Origin: Caenispirillum bisanense
GTDB taxonomy: Bacteria; Pseudomonadota; Alphaproteobacteria; Rhodospirillales; UBA2165
Direction of reading: 5' to 3'
Length of the DNA: 64,000 nucleotides
NCBI GenBank assembly: GCA_945877815.1
Contig: CAMDWJ010000020.1
Span: forward strand, 467-64,466
Positions 55,471 to 63,710 of this stretch are shown piece by piece. A model generated the notes under the pieces. It ran no database searches. It saw only the letters and a program-made list of their open reading frames with translations, and was not told where the DNA came from. The stretch's first letter is position 1; each line of letters opens with the position of its first letter. A program made the translations under genes and the position numbers.

Positions 55471-55509
55471 GTCATTGTCGTCATTTGTCAGCATTTGTTG
55501 TCATTTGTC
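55471..55509. repeat. Four tandem ~10-bp units (GTCATTTGTC-type) with phased T-tracts inside a 260-bp AT-rich island
   Basis: GTCATTGTC / GTCATTTGTC / AGCATTTGTT / GTCATTTGTC occupy 55471-55509. CGTTATCT occurs at 55460 and again at 55541. The 55453-55714 interval is far more AT-rich than any other part of the window. Confidence 0.6.
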
Positions 55510-55714
55510 GTCCGATCTCGTCCTGTTTTACGATTTTGAGCGTTATCTCGGACGATGTTTTTTTACTTAAATTCCAACCACATGACACATTTACCCGAGC
55601 TGAGACACCTTTAGATAAGCCGATTATTTCGCTTACGTAATTTTTAAATCCTTGCGCAATTCCCGAATTTATATAATATATTTCCATTAAATAATTCGAA
55701 AATTGGATTAGTCA

Positions 55715-56170
55715 ATGAGGCCGGTGTTCACGCTCCTGATGGCCGTTGCGGCCTGTGCCGTCCCGGCCGAAGCCGCCGAACGGCCGCAGCTCAATCGGCT
55801 GGCCGGCCCGGTCGCGGCCGAAGTGCTGCGCGTGGTGGACGGCGATACCATCGAGGTGCGCGCCCATATCTGGCTCGGCCAGGAGGTGACGACCCTGGTG
55901 CGCCTGGGCGGTGTCGATGCGCCCGAACTCAAGGGCAAATGCGCGGACGAACGGGCCGCGGCGCTCCGCGCCAAGGCACGCATCGAGGAAAAGCTGGCTG
56001 GCGGCGACGTCACCCTGCGCGACATCAAGTTCGAGAAATACGCGGGCCGGGTGATGAGCCGGATCGAGATCGCCGGCGGCGAGGATCTTGCCCGCTCACT
56101 GAAGGCCGACGGTTTTGTGCGCGCCTATGGCGGCGCGAAACGTCTACCCTGGTGCGGCACCGACGGCTGA
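55715..56170 (+). CDS. Secreted thermonuclease (staphylococcal nuclease-like, SNase fold)
   Basis: Signal peptide MRPVFTLLMAVAACAVPAEA. …VLRVVDGDTIEVRAHIWLGQEVTTLVRLGGVDAPELKGKC… carries the SNase motifs DGDT and R-L-x-G-I/V-D-A-P-E. …KYAGRVMSRIEI…LARSLKADGFVRAY. Confidence 0.85.
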   Translation: MRPVFTLLMAVAACAVPAEAAERPQLNRLAGPVAAEVLRVVDGDTIEVRAHIWLGQEVTTLVRLGGVDAPELKGKCADERAAALRAKARIEEKLAGGDVTLRDIKFEKYAGRVMSRIEIAGGEDLARSLKADGFVRAYGGAKRLPWCGTDG

Positions 56171-56186
56171 CGCGAAGGAACCAAAC

Positions 56187-56609
56187 ATGCAGCAGCAAAT
56201 GTCGCTCATCACCTTGGGCATCGCCGAGCTCACGCGCTCGCGCCGCTTTTATGTCGAGGGTTTCGGCTGGAAGCCGGTCTTCGAAAATCCCGAGATCATT
56301 TTCTATCAGATGAACGGCTTCATGCTCGCAACCTGGCTCAACGGCGCACTCGAAATCGACATGAAACGCACGAGCCTTGCGCGCCGCGGCGCCTTCGCGA
56401 TGGCGCATAATGTCGGGGCGCTTGGCGATGTACAGCCGACGATCGATCGCCTCGCTCAGCACGGCGGACGGATTTTGCGCGCGGCCGATGCCCCGTCGCA
56501 CGGCGGCTTTCGCGGCTATATCGCCGATCCCGACGAACATGCCTGGGAGATCGCCTGGAACCCGAGCTGGCCGATCAGCCCGGAAGGGTATGTAACTTTC
56601 GGGACGTGA
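56187..56609 (+). CDS. VOC (glyoxalase/bleomycin-resistance/dioxygenase) family protein
   Basis: ATG at 56187 with AAGGA upstream. MQQQMSLITLGIAELTRSRRFYVEGFGWKPVFENPEIIFYQMNGFMLATW…GGFRGYIADPDEHAWEIAWNPSWPI. Confidence 0.85.
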   Translation: MQQQMSLITLGIAELTRSRRFYVEGFGWKPVFENPEIIFYQMNGFMLATWLNGALEIDMKRTSLARRGAFAMAHNVGALGDVQPTIDRLAQHGGRILRAADAPSHGGFRGYIADPDEHAWEIAWNPSWPISPEGYVTFGT

Positions 56610-56667
56610 GACTATATGTTGGTGCGGAACAACCGGATGCCGGTTGGGTTGCGAGACTGATGAGTCG

Positions 56668-57603
56668 ATGAAAGATCCATACGAAATTCTGGGCGTGGAA
56701 CGCACGGCGAGCGAGGCCGCGATTCAATCGGCCTATCGTAAGCTCGCCAAGCGCCATCATCCCGACGTGAATCCCGGCAAGCCCGAGGCCGAGGAAAAAT
56801 TCAAGGAGATCGCCTCGGCCTATGCGCTGCTGTCGGATTCCGAGAAGCGCGCGCGCTTCGATCGCGGCGAAATCGATGCGAGCGGGGCCGAACGCTCCCC
56901 CGAGCGCAGCTTCTATCGCAATTACGGCAACGATGCCGCGCGCACCAAATACCGCGCTGCGGGGAATCCAGGCGGCGCCTACCGCGGCGACATCAACCTC
57001 GACGATCTCGATCTTGAAAGCATTTTCGGCGATTCGTTGCGCGGCCGTGCGCAGCACGGCCCCATGCGCGCCAAGGGCTACGACATGCGCTATGCGCTGA
57101 CGGTCGATTTCCTCGATGCCGCCAAGGGTGCGGTAAAGCGCCTGACGCTACCCGACGGCAGCACGCTCGACGTCACGGTTCCGGCCGGCCTCAAGGACGG
57201 ACAAGTGCTGCGCCTCAAGGGCAAAGGCGAACCCGGCATCGGCCCCGACGGCAACAGTGGGCCTCCCGGCGACGCGCTGATCGAGGTCAGCGTCGCACCC
57301 CATCCCTATTTCCGCCGCGACGGCAACGACGTGGTGCTGGACCTTCCGATCACGCTCAAGGAAGCCGTGAGGGGCGCCAAGATCGAAGTTCCGACGTTGA
57401 GCGGGCCGGTCACAATCACGGTGCCGCCCAAATCCATTGATGGAAAGCGGCTGCGCCTGCGCGGACGCGGCATCGCCGGCGGCAATCAGGACGTCTTGCT
57501 GAAAGTTGTGCTGCCGAGCGAGGACGAGCCCGAACTTGCCGCCTTCCTTGAAGGCTGGTCGCCGCAGCATCCGTTCGATCCGCGTGCGGGGCTGAAATCA
57601 TGA
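56668..57603 (+). CDS. cbpA: Curved-DNA-binding DnaJ-like co-chaperone CbpA
   Basis: ATG at 56668. J-domain MKDPYEILGVERTASEAAIQSAYRKLAKRHHPDVNPGKPEAEEKFKEIASAYALLSD (HPD motif). DnaJ C-terminal domains with no zinc finger. 311 aa. Confidence 0.92.
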   Translation: MKDPYEILGVERTASEAAIQSAYRKLAKRHHPDVNPGKPEAEEKFKEIASAYALLSDSEKRARFDRGEIDASGAERSPERSFYRNYGNDAARTKYRAAGNPGGAYRGDINLDDLDLESIFGDSLRGRAQHGPMRAKGYDMRYALTVDFLDAAKGAVKRLTLPDGSTLDVTVPAGLKDGQVLRLKGKGEPGIGPDGNSGPPGDALIEVSVAPHPYFRRDGNDVVLDLPITLKEAVRGAKIEVPTLSGPVTITVPPKSIDGKRLRLRGRGIAGGNQDVLLKVVLPSEDEPELAAFLEGWSPQHPFDPRAGLKS

Positions 57604-57938
57604 TGCGGCTCGAAGGCGTGATCACGCTGTTCCCCGATCTCGACCAGACCGAACTCGTCAGCTGGGTCGAGCGCCATTGGGTCCAGCCCGATACCAGCGC
57701 GACGGGCGAGGAGCAAGTTTGGATCTTCACCGAGATCGACGTGGCGCGCGTGCGGCTGATCTACGATCTGCGCCGCGACCTCGATATCGCCGAGGAGATG
57801 GTGCCCCTGATGCTGTCACTGCTCGATCAGGTCTACGATCTGCGCTGCACGCTCAAATCCATGAGCCGCGCGATCGCGGCGCAACCGCCCGAATTGCAGG
57901 CCGCGATCCGTGCCGCGATGACGGAGCGCGAGGACTAA
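57600..57938 (+). CDS. cbpM: Chaperone modulatory protein CbpM
   Basis: 112 aa, overlaps the cbpA stop as ATGA. …ELVSWVERHWVQP…WIFTEIDVARVRLIYDLRRDLDIAEEMVPLMLSLLDQVYDLR… is MerR-like and typical of CbpM. Confidence 0.85.
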   Translation: MMRLEGVITLFPDLDQTELVSWVERHWVQPDTSATGEEQVWIFTEIDVARVRLIYDLRRDLDIAEEMVPLMLSLLDQVYDLRCTLKSMSRAIAAQPPELQAAIRAAMTERED

Positions 57939-58615
57939 AGTGGGCTCAGCGCCTCGTAGCGCGCGATCGGCTTTTCCAACAGCGCTGCGGTGCGCCACTC
58001 CACCATCCAGGGATGATCCCACAAGGCCGCGACATAGGCTTCGGCATCGGCGGGCAGCTCCGGCTCCCAGGCACGGAAGCGGATCGCGACCGGCGCATAC
58101 ATGGCGTCCGCAATGGTGAAACGCGCGCCGAACAGATACGGCCCGCCCGCGCCAAATTTTGTACGCGTCTCGCGCCACAGCGTGACGATGCGCGCGATAT
58201 CGGCGAGCGCGCCTGCGGTACGCCCCCGGCCCGGGCGCTTGCCGAGCAGAGTCATCCACATCTCGTTGCGCAAGTCTGCGAAACCCGCATGCATTTCGTG
58301 CGAAACCGCGCGCGCATGGGCGCGCGCCACCACATCCTTCGGCCACATGTCCGCCTGCGGATAAAGCTCGGCGAGATATTCGGCGATGGCGATCGATTCC
58401 CACACCATGACGTCACCCATCTTCGCGTCGGAATGGCGTAGGACCGGCACGCGCGCGGTCGGCGAGATCGATTTCACCCACTCGAACCAATCGGGCGCAC
58501 CCATATCGTGCGTCACTTCATCGAACCGGATGCCGGCCAGCTTGCACATCAGCCAGCCGCGCAGCGACCACGAAGAATAGGCCTTGTTGCCGATATAGAG
58601 GGTGAAGTCGGACAT
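57935..58615 (-). CDS. Glutathione S-transferase family protein
   Basis: 226 aa. MSDFTLYIGNKAYSSWSLRGWLMCKLAGIRFDEV…ARVPVLRH…VWESIAIAEYLAELYP… is the thioredoxin-like N-domain with cis-Pro VP and ES, followed by a helical C-domain. Confidence 0.9.
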   Translation of the reverse strand: MSDFTLYIGNKAYSSWSLRGWLMCKLAGIRFDEVTHDMGAPDWFEWVKSISPTARVPVLRHSDAKMGDVMVWESIAIAEYLAELYPQADMWPKDVVARAHARAVSHEMHAGFADLRNEMWMTLLGKRPGRGRTAGALADIARIVTLWRETRTKFGAGGPYLFGARFTIADAMYAPVAIRFRAWEPELPADAEAYVAALWDHPWMVEWRTAALLEKPIARYEALSPL

Positions 58616-58670
58616 GCGACCAGTTTAGCAGAACCGCGCGACGGCCGCGACGCGTCGCCGTGCCGAATCT

Positions 58671-59135
58671 CTATCCGCAGCGCATCGCCGCGAGGGCAGC
58701 GCGCAGCCGCACGGCAATAAAGACGATGCCGGCGCAATTAGCGGCGATGGCGAGCCAAAAAAGCTCCGTCTGATAGCGCCCGATCGCGGTAAAGAACCCA
58801 GTCGCGGCAAGCGCCGGGGCCAAATTCACGAACGAGGCATTGCAACACAGAACACACGAGAGCATGGCCGAACTCGAAGAGGCGCCATTGACCGCCACCA
58901 TCGCCTGCGTGCGCGGCGCGCGCACGGCGCTGCGCAGACACAGATATAAGCCGACCTGAATGCCGAACCCTGTCGCCAGAACCACGATGAAAGGCCACGA
59001 CCGCGCGAACTCGGCGCGCGTGAATCCCCAATCCGACACCAAAGTCAGCAGACCGAAATAAATTGTCAGAATGCCCATTGTCGCCACGACGCCGCCGAAT
59101 GCAGCGCGCAGCAACGGAGCCAAGCCGGGGATCAT
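58671..59135 (-). CDS. Hypothetical four-helix membrane protein with a Cys-rich helix
   Basis: 154 aa. MIPGLAPLLRAAFGGVVATMGILTIYFGLLTLV…WPFIVVLATGFGIQVGLYLCL…SSSSAMLSCVLCCNASFVNLAPALAATGFF…LFWLAIAANCAGIVFIAVRL…. No family confidently recognised. Confidence 0.6.
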   Translation of the reverse strand: MIPGLAPLLRAAFGGVVATMGILTIYFGLLTLVSDWGFTRAEFARSWPFIVVLATGFGIQVGLYLCLRSAVRAPRTQAMVAVNGASSSSAMLSCVLCCNASFVNLAPALAATGFFTAIGRYQTELFWLAIAANCAGIVFIAVRLRAALAAMRCG

Positions 59136-59167
59136 GGGTAGGCTCCAGGTTGGAGGTAAGAGTATCT

Positions 59168-59188
59168 TTTACATTTCTAAAATGTAAA
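59168..59188. promoter_or_regulatory. Perfect AT-rich palindrome TTTACATTT-CTA-AAATGTAAA upstream of the Cys-rich membrane protein gene
   Basis: 9-bp perfect arms with a 3-nt spacer, 33-53 nt upstream of the ATG at 59135, in an otherwise GC-rich genome. Confidence 0.35.
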
Positions 59189-59312
59189 TGCTAGTTCGCA
59201 ATACCCGCATACCCGGAGAGGTTATGAAATAGACGAAGCAATACTAGGTGCGCGCAAAAGAGCGCCGCACAAACGAAAGCGCAGTCGCGTCTAAGACCGA
59301 AGAGGGATGACG

Positions 59313-61262
59313 TCACGCCCCCGGCTTGTTCACCATATTGTCGACAAGGTCGCCGACCACAGCCGGGTCGGCCAAGGTCGAGGTATCGCCGAGATTGGAC
59401 GGATCGCCCTCGGCGATCTTGCGCAGGATGCGACGCATGATCTTGCCCGAACGGGTTTTCGGCAGGCCGGGCGCCCATTGGATGATGTCGGGCTTGGCGA
59501 TACCGCCGATTTCCTTCGTGACCCAGGCGGCCAATTCCTTGCGCAACTCCTCGCTCGGCGTCGTGCCCACCATGAGCGTAACATAGGCATAGATGCCCTG
59601 GCCCTTGATGTTGTGCGGATAGCCGACGACAGCGGCCTCCGATACCTGCGGGTGCGCAACCAAGGCACTTTCTACCTCGGCCGTGCCCATGCGATGGCCG
59701 GACACATTGAGCACGTCGTCGACGCGCCCGGTGATCCAGTAATAGCCGTCCTCGTCGCGGCGGCATCCGTCGCCGGTGAAATAGAAGCCGGGATAGGTCG
59801 AAAAGTAAGTTTCGACAAAGCGCTTATGATCGCGATAGACCGTGCGCATCTGGCCGGGCCAGGAATCGGTGAGGATCAGGTTGCCGCTGGCCGCACCCTC
59901 AAGCCGCTTGCCATCTGCATCGACGATCGCCGGCTGCACGCCGAAGAACGGCTTGGTCGCCGAGCCAGGCTTGAGTGCGATGGCACCCGGCAGCGGCGAA
60001 ATGAGGATGCCGCCGGTTTCGGTCTGCCACCACGTATCGACGATCGGGCAGCGCCCGTCGCCGACCACATTGTAATACCACAGCCAAGCTTCGGGATTGA
60101 TCGGCTCGCCGACGCTGCCCAGCAGGCGCAGCGATGCGCGGCTCGTCTTCTTCACCGGCCCGTCGCCCTGCTGCATCAGCGCGCGCAAAGCGGTCGGCGC
60201 GGTATAGATGATGTTGATCTTGTATTTATCGACCACCTGCCAGATGCGTGACGCGTCCGGCCAATTCGGCACGCCTTCGTACATGACGCCGGTGGCGCCG
60301 TTCGACAGAGGACCGTAGACGATATAGCTGTGCCCGGTCACCCAGCCGACATCGGCGGCGCACCAAAAGATGTCGCCGTCGTGATAATCGAACACATATT
60401 GATGCGTCAGCGAGACCCACGTGATGTAGCCGCCCGTGGTGTGCAGAACGCCCTTGGGTTTCCCGGTCGAGCCCGAGGTATAAAGAATAAAGAGCGCATC
60501 TTCTGCGTCCATCGGCTCGGGCTTGCAGTCGGGCGACGCCTCCGCGAGTGCCTGATGATACCAAACGTCGCGACCCTCGACCCAGCCGACATCATTCCCG
60601 GTGCGCCTGACGACGAACACAGTTCGCACGGTCGGGCAGGATTTCAGCGCCTCGTCGGCATTGAGCTTGAGCGGGATCGGCTTGCCGGCGCGCAGGCCTT
60701 CGTCCGCCGTAATGACGCAGTTGGACTCGCAATCCTGGATGCGGCCAGCCAGCGCATCTGGTGAGAAACCGCCGAACACCACCGAATGGATCGCGCCGAT
60801 GCGCGTGCAGGCGAGCATGGCGACGGCCGCCTCGGGTATCATCGGCATATAGATGGTAACGCGATCGCCCTTTTTGATGCCGCGATCCTTCATCGCATTG
60901 GCGAGGCGGCAGACCTGTTCGTGGAGTTGGCGATAGGTGATCGTGCGGGCCTCACCTTTCGGATCGTCGGGCTCCCAATAATAGGCGACCTGGTCGCCGC
61001 GCTTTTCCAGATGCCTATCAAGGCAATTATAGGAAACGTTCAGCACGCCGTCGTAATACCAGCGGATCCGCACGTCGCCGGTATAATCGACATCCTTGAT
61101 CTTGGTCGGCGCCTTGATCCAATCGATGCGCTTGGCCTGCTCGGCCCAGAATTTTTCCGGGTCCGCGATCGAAGCCGCATACATCTGTTTGTATTTGGCT
61201 TCGTCGATATAGGCCTTTTTGGCGAAATCGGCGGGAACCGGAAACAGCTGATTTTCGGACAT
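59313..61262 (-). CDS. acs: Acetyl-CoA synthetase (AMP-forming)
   Basis: 649 aa. [28 protein letters not shown]…, the AMP-binding motif [16 protein letters not shown], …WWQTETGG…, …[24 protein letters not shown]…, and …[12 protein letters not shown]…. Confidence 0.97.
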   Translation of the reverse strand: MSENQLFPVPADFAKKAYIDEAKYKQMYAASIADPEKFWAEQAKRIDWIKAPTKIKDVDYTGDVRIRWYYDGVLNVSYNCLDRHLEKRGDQVAYYWEPDDPKGEARTITYRQLHEQVCRLANAMKDRGIKKGDRVTIYMPMIPEAAVAMLACTRIGAIHSVVFGGFSPDALAGRIQDCESNCVITADEGLRAGKPIPLKLNADEALKSCPTVRTVFVVRRTGNDVGWVEGRDVWYHQALAEASPDCKPEPMDAEDALFILYTSGSTGKPKGVLHTTGGYITWVSLTHQYVFDYHDGDIFWCAADVGWVTGHSYIVYGPLSNGATGVMYEGVPNWPDASRIWQVVDKYKINIIYTAPTALRALMQQGDGPVKKTSRASLRLLGSVGEPINPEAWLWYYNVVGDGRCPIVDTWWQTETGGILISPLPGAIALKPGSATKPFFGVQPAIVDADGKRLEGAASGNLILTDSWPGQMRTVYRDHKRFVETYFSTYPGFYFTGDGCRRDEDGYYWITGRVDDVLNVSGHRMGTAEVESALVAHPQVSEAAVVGYPHNIKGQGIYAYVTLMVGTTPSEELRKELAAWVTKEIGGIAKPDIIQWAPGLPKTRSGKIMRRILRKIAEGDPSNLGDTSTLADPAVVGDLVDNMVNKPGA

Positions 61263-61307
61263 GACGGCCCTCCCCTAGGCTTGTAAAGAAACGTTATCGC
61301 GAAGGGT

Positions 61308-61362
61308 CATGCTTCGACAAGCTCGCCATGAGGCCTCATCTTGAGCCTGTCGAAAGACGAGG
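61308..61362. repeat. Palindromic intergenic (REP-like) element, family A, second copy
   Basis: CATGCTTCGACAAGCTCGCCATGAGG | CCTCATCTTGAGCCTGTCGAAAGACGAGG. These are the same half-sites as 40721-40782 (…TTCGACAAGCTC…ATGAGG / CCTCAT…TGAGC..GTCGAA…) joined in the opposite order. It lies between the Rieske gene stop and the acs start. Confidence 0.6.
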
Positions 61363-61370
61363 CCGGCCGC

Positions 61371-61772
61371 CTATACCGCCGGCGCCTCTTCCGTCCTGGG
61401 TTCCGGCCATTCCAAGGTTTGGCCGACAAAGACCTCGCCATCCTCGATGCGGGTCTCGAAGCGGCCCAGCGAAGAGCTGCGGCACGGCCCATCGGTGCAA
61501 TAGCCGTCCTCGATGCGAAAGCAGGCATAGTGGAAAGCGCAGAAAATCTCGACGTCGTCCTTCATCAAGAAGCGGCCGGGCGCGAAATTGAGAGGGCGGC
61601 CCATATGCGGGCAATAATTGAGATAGACGAACACCTCGTCGCCCTTGCGCACCGCGAAGAGGATGCGTTTTATCCCGCCCAACTCGATATCGAAATCCAT
61701 CGCCTTGCCGTCGACGATATCCGAAACCGCGCACAGGCGTTTCATATCCTGGCTCTGCGCAACTTCATCCAT
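61371..61772 (-). CDS. Small Rieske [2Fe-2S] domain protein (distal copy)
   Basis: ATG at 61772 overlaps the upstream Rieske stop as ATGGATGA. …LCAVSDIVDGKAMDFDIELGGIKRILFAVRKGDEVFVYLNYCPHMGRPL…IFCAFHYACFRIEDGYCTDGPC… has the CPH…CxxH Rieske ligands. Confidence 0.85.
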   Translation of the reverse strand: MDEVAQSQDMKRLCAVSDIVDGKAMDFDIELGGIKRILFAVRKGDEVFVYLNYCPHMGRPLNFAPGRFLMKDDVEIFCAFHYACFRIEDGYCTDGPCRSSSLGRFETRIEDGEVFVGQTLEWPEPRTEEAPAV

Positions 61773-62202
61773 GTTCGCGCGCCTTCTGCTGCGCCAGATA
61801 GGCATCGATGAGGGCCTGGCGCTTTGCCAGAACAGCGTCGCGGCCCGGCCAAGTCAGATCCTCGCCGACATAAACATCTCCGTTTTCCACGCGGGTCTCG
61901 AAACGCCCCAAATAATCGCCGCTCGGCGGGCCGCCGACGCAGACGCCGTCGCGCGGCATGAAGTGACCGCCATGGACGGCGCAATGGATTTTCTTCGAAT
62001 AGGTTCCAAGAAAGCGCATATTCACGAAACCCATCGGGTAACCCATATGCGGGCAATAATCGAGATAGACGAACACCTCGTCGCCGTCACGCACCGCCAG
62101 CAGAAAACGCCGTACGCCGCCGAGTTCGATGTCAAATTCCGCCGAGCCGTTATCGGCGATATCACTAACCGCGCAAAGTCTGGTCAGGCTCTCAGCGCTC
62201 AC
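61765..62202 (-). CDS. Small Rieske [2Fe-2S] domain protein (proximal copy)
   Basis: GTG at 62202 overlaps the EVE gene stop as GTGA. …LCAVSDIADNGSAEFDIELGGVRRFLLAVRDGDEVFVYLDYCPHMGYPM…IHCAVHGGHFMPRDGVCVGGP…. Clear paralog of the next gene. Confidence 0.85.
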   Translation of the reverse strand: MSAESLTRLCAVSDIADNGSAEFDIELGGVRRFLLAVRDGDEVFVYLDYCPHMGYPMGFVNMRFLGTYSKKIHCAVHGGHFMPRDGVCVGGPPSGDYLGRFETRVENGDVYVGEDLTWPGRDAVLAKRQALIDAYLAQQKAREHG

Positions 62203-62612
62203 ACCTTGATGCCCGCCATGGCGCTGATGATTTTCCAATGTTTGTCGCTGACCGGCACGACCGAGAGGCGCGATTGGCGCACCAGCGCCAGATCGGCGAG
62301 GCGCTCGTCGCCCTTGATCTCGGCGAGGGTCACCGGCGTTTTCACCGGCATCAGCGCCTTCACGTCGACCATGCCGAAGCGCCCCGATTCGTCCGAAGGA
62401 TCGGGATAATGTTCGCGCACCACCTCGACCACACCGACGATGCTTTTCTCGTCAACCGAATGATAGAAGAAGGCGCGGTCGCCCATCTTCATCGCCTTCA
62501 TATTGTTGTTGGCCTGGTAGTTGCGGACACCATTCCAATGCTCGACGCCTTTTTTCACCTGATCGTCCCACGACCAAGCACCGGGTTCGGACTTCATCAA
62601 CCAATAGGCCAT
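62199..62612 (-). CDS. EVE (PUA-like) domain protein
   Basis: 137 aa. MAYWLMKSEPGAWSWDDQVKKGVEHWNGVRNYQANNNMKAMKMGDRAFFYHS…IVGVVEVVREHYPDP… is the EVE signature. The start abuts the gpsA stop with 0-nt spacing. Confidence 0.88.
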   Translation of the reverse strand: MAYWLMKSEPGAWSWDDQVKKGVEHWNGVRNYQANNNMKAMKMGDRAFFYHSVDEKSIVGVVEVVREHYPDPSDESGRFGMVDVKALMPVKTPVTLAEIKGDERLADLALVRQSRLSVVPVSDKHWKIISAMAGIKV

Positions 62613-63605
62613 CTAGAGCGACTCCGCCTTCAAGGGACGCGCCAGCAACCCCGCGATGGAGGCGCCGATATCGGCGTGATTGTTGAGCACGGCATCAACG
62701 GCCGTGCAGATCGGCAATTCGACACCCATGCGGCGGCCAAGCGCGCTCACGGACGGTGCGGTATAGACGCCTTCGGCGACCGAATTGCGGTTCGACAGAA
62801 CCTCGTCGAGCGACTTGCCCTCGCCCAATGCCACGCCGAGCGAGAAATTGCGCGACTGGGTCGCGTTGCAGGTCAGCGTCAGATCGCCGAGGCCGGAGAG
62901 CCCGGCCAGAGTTTCCGCCTGCCCACCCTTGGCGAGACCCAGGCGCATGATTTCTGCGAGACCGCGCGTGACCAACGCGGCGCGCGAATTGTCGCCGAGC
63001 CCTCGCCCCTCGATGATGCCGCAGGCAATCGCGATAACGTTTTTCACGGCGCCGCCGATCTGCGCGCCGACGACGTCGCGCGATCGATAGATGCGGAACT
63101 TGGGCGCACTCAGCGTTTCCATCAGCACCTTGCCGAGCGTTTCGTCGGCGCAGGCAAGGGTCACGGCGGTCGGCTTGTCGTCGGCTACTTCACGCGCGAA
63201 TGTCGGCCCCGACAGCACGGCGAGCGGGATGCCCGGCAATGTCGCCGCCACCACCTCGCTCATCAGCGCGCAGCTCTCTTGTTCGATACCCTTGCAGCAG
63301 ATGACGGTGGGCACGCGATCTGGCCAGGCGCGTGCCGCGTTCTCGGTCACCTCGCGCAGGCGCTGGGACGGCGTCACCAACAGAATTATGTCGGCATCGA
63401 GCGCTTCGACGAGACTGTTCGTCGCGCGCACCTGCGCGGCCAGCTCAACATTGGGAAGGAAGGCGGTGTTTTCGTGGCGCTTATTGATCGCGTCCACCAC
63501 CTCGGGTTCGCGCGCATACAACATCGCCTCGTTGCCCGCGCGATGCATGGTTTGCGCAAGCGCCGTACCCCATGCGCCACCGCCGATGATACCGATCTTA
63601 CTCAT
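62613..63605 (-). CDS. gpsA: NAD(P)H-dependent glycerol-3-phosphate dehydrogenase
   Basis: 330 aa. MSKIGIIGGGAWGTALAQTM…NTAFLPNVEL…LVTPSQ…GKGIEQES…GPTFAREV…NVIAIACGI…. Confidence 0.96.
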   Translation of the reverse strand: MSKIGIIGGGAWGTALAQTMHRAGNEAMLYAREPEVVDAINKRHENTAFLPNVELAAQVRATNSLVEALDADIILLVTPSQRLREVTENAARAWPDRVPTVICCKGIEQESCALMSEVVAATLPGIPLAVLSGPTFAREVADDKPTAVTLACADETLGKVLMETLSAPKFRIYRSRDVVGAQIGGAVKNVIAIACGIIEGRGLGDNSRAALVTRGLAEIMRLGLAKGGQAETLAGLSGLGDLTLTCNATQSRNFSLGVALGEGKSLDEVLSNRNSVAEGVYTAPSVSALGRRMGVELPICTAVDAVLNNHADIGASIAGLLARPLKAESL

Positions 63606-63710
63606 GAATCGGCATCCTATAGGACGTTACGGCACTGGCAAGAGTTCCACGTGCATCGACGGGAATGCCGATCATTCGTAGTTGCTCGCCGCTCTCGCTA
63701 TGTCCGGGTC

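Noticed and set aside
55460-55471. DnaA box / replication-origin-like sequence (TTATCTGTGG) next to the 10-bp repeats.
   Set aside because: It does not match TTATCCACA in either orientation. There are no multiple boxes, and no dnaA, dnaN, parAB or hemE context.
55481-55687. 68-codon minus-strand ORF (MEIYYINSGIAQGFKNYVSEIIGLSKG…) inside the AT-rich island as a real gene.
   Set aside because: No Shine-Dalgarno sequence and no recognisable family. Its 3' third is simply the 10-bp repeat array read as codons. I keep it only as a note under the AT-island finding.
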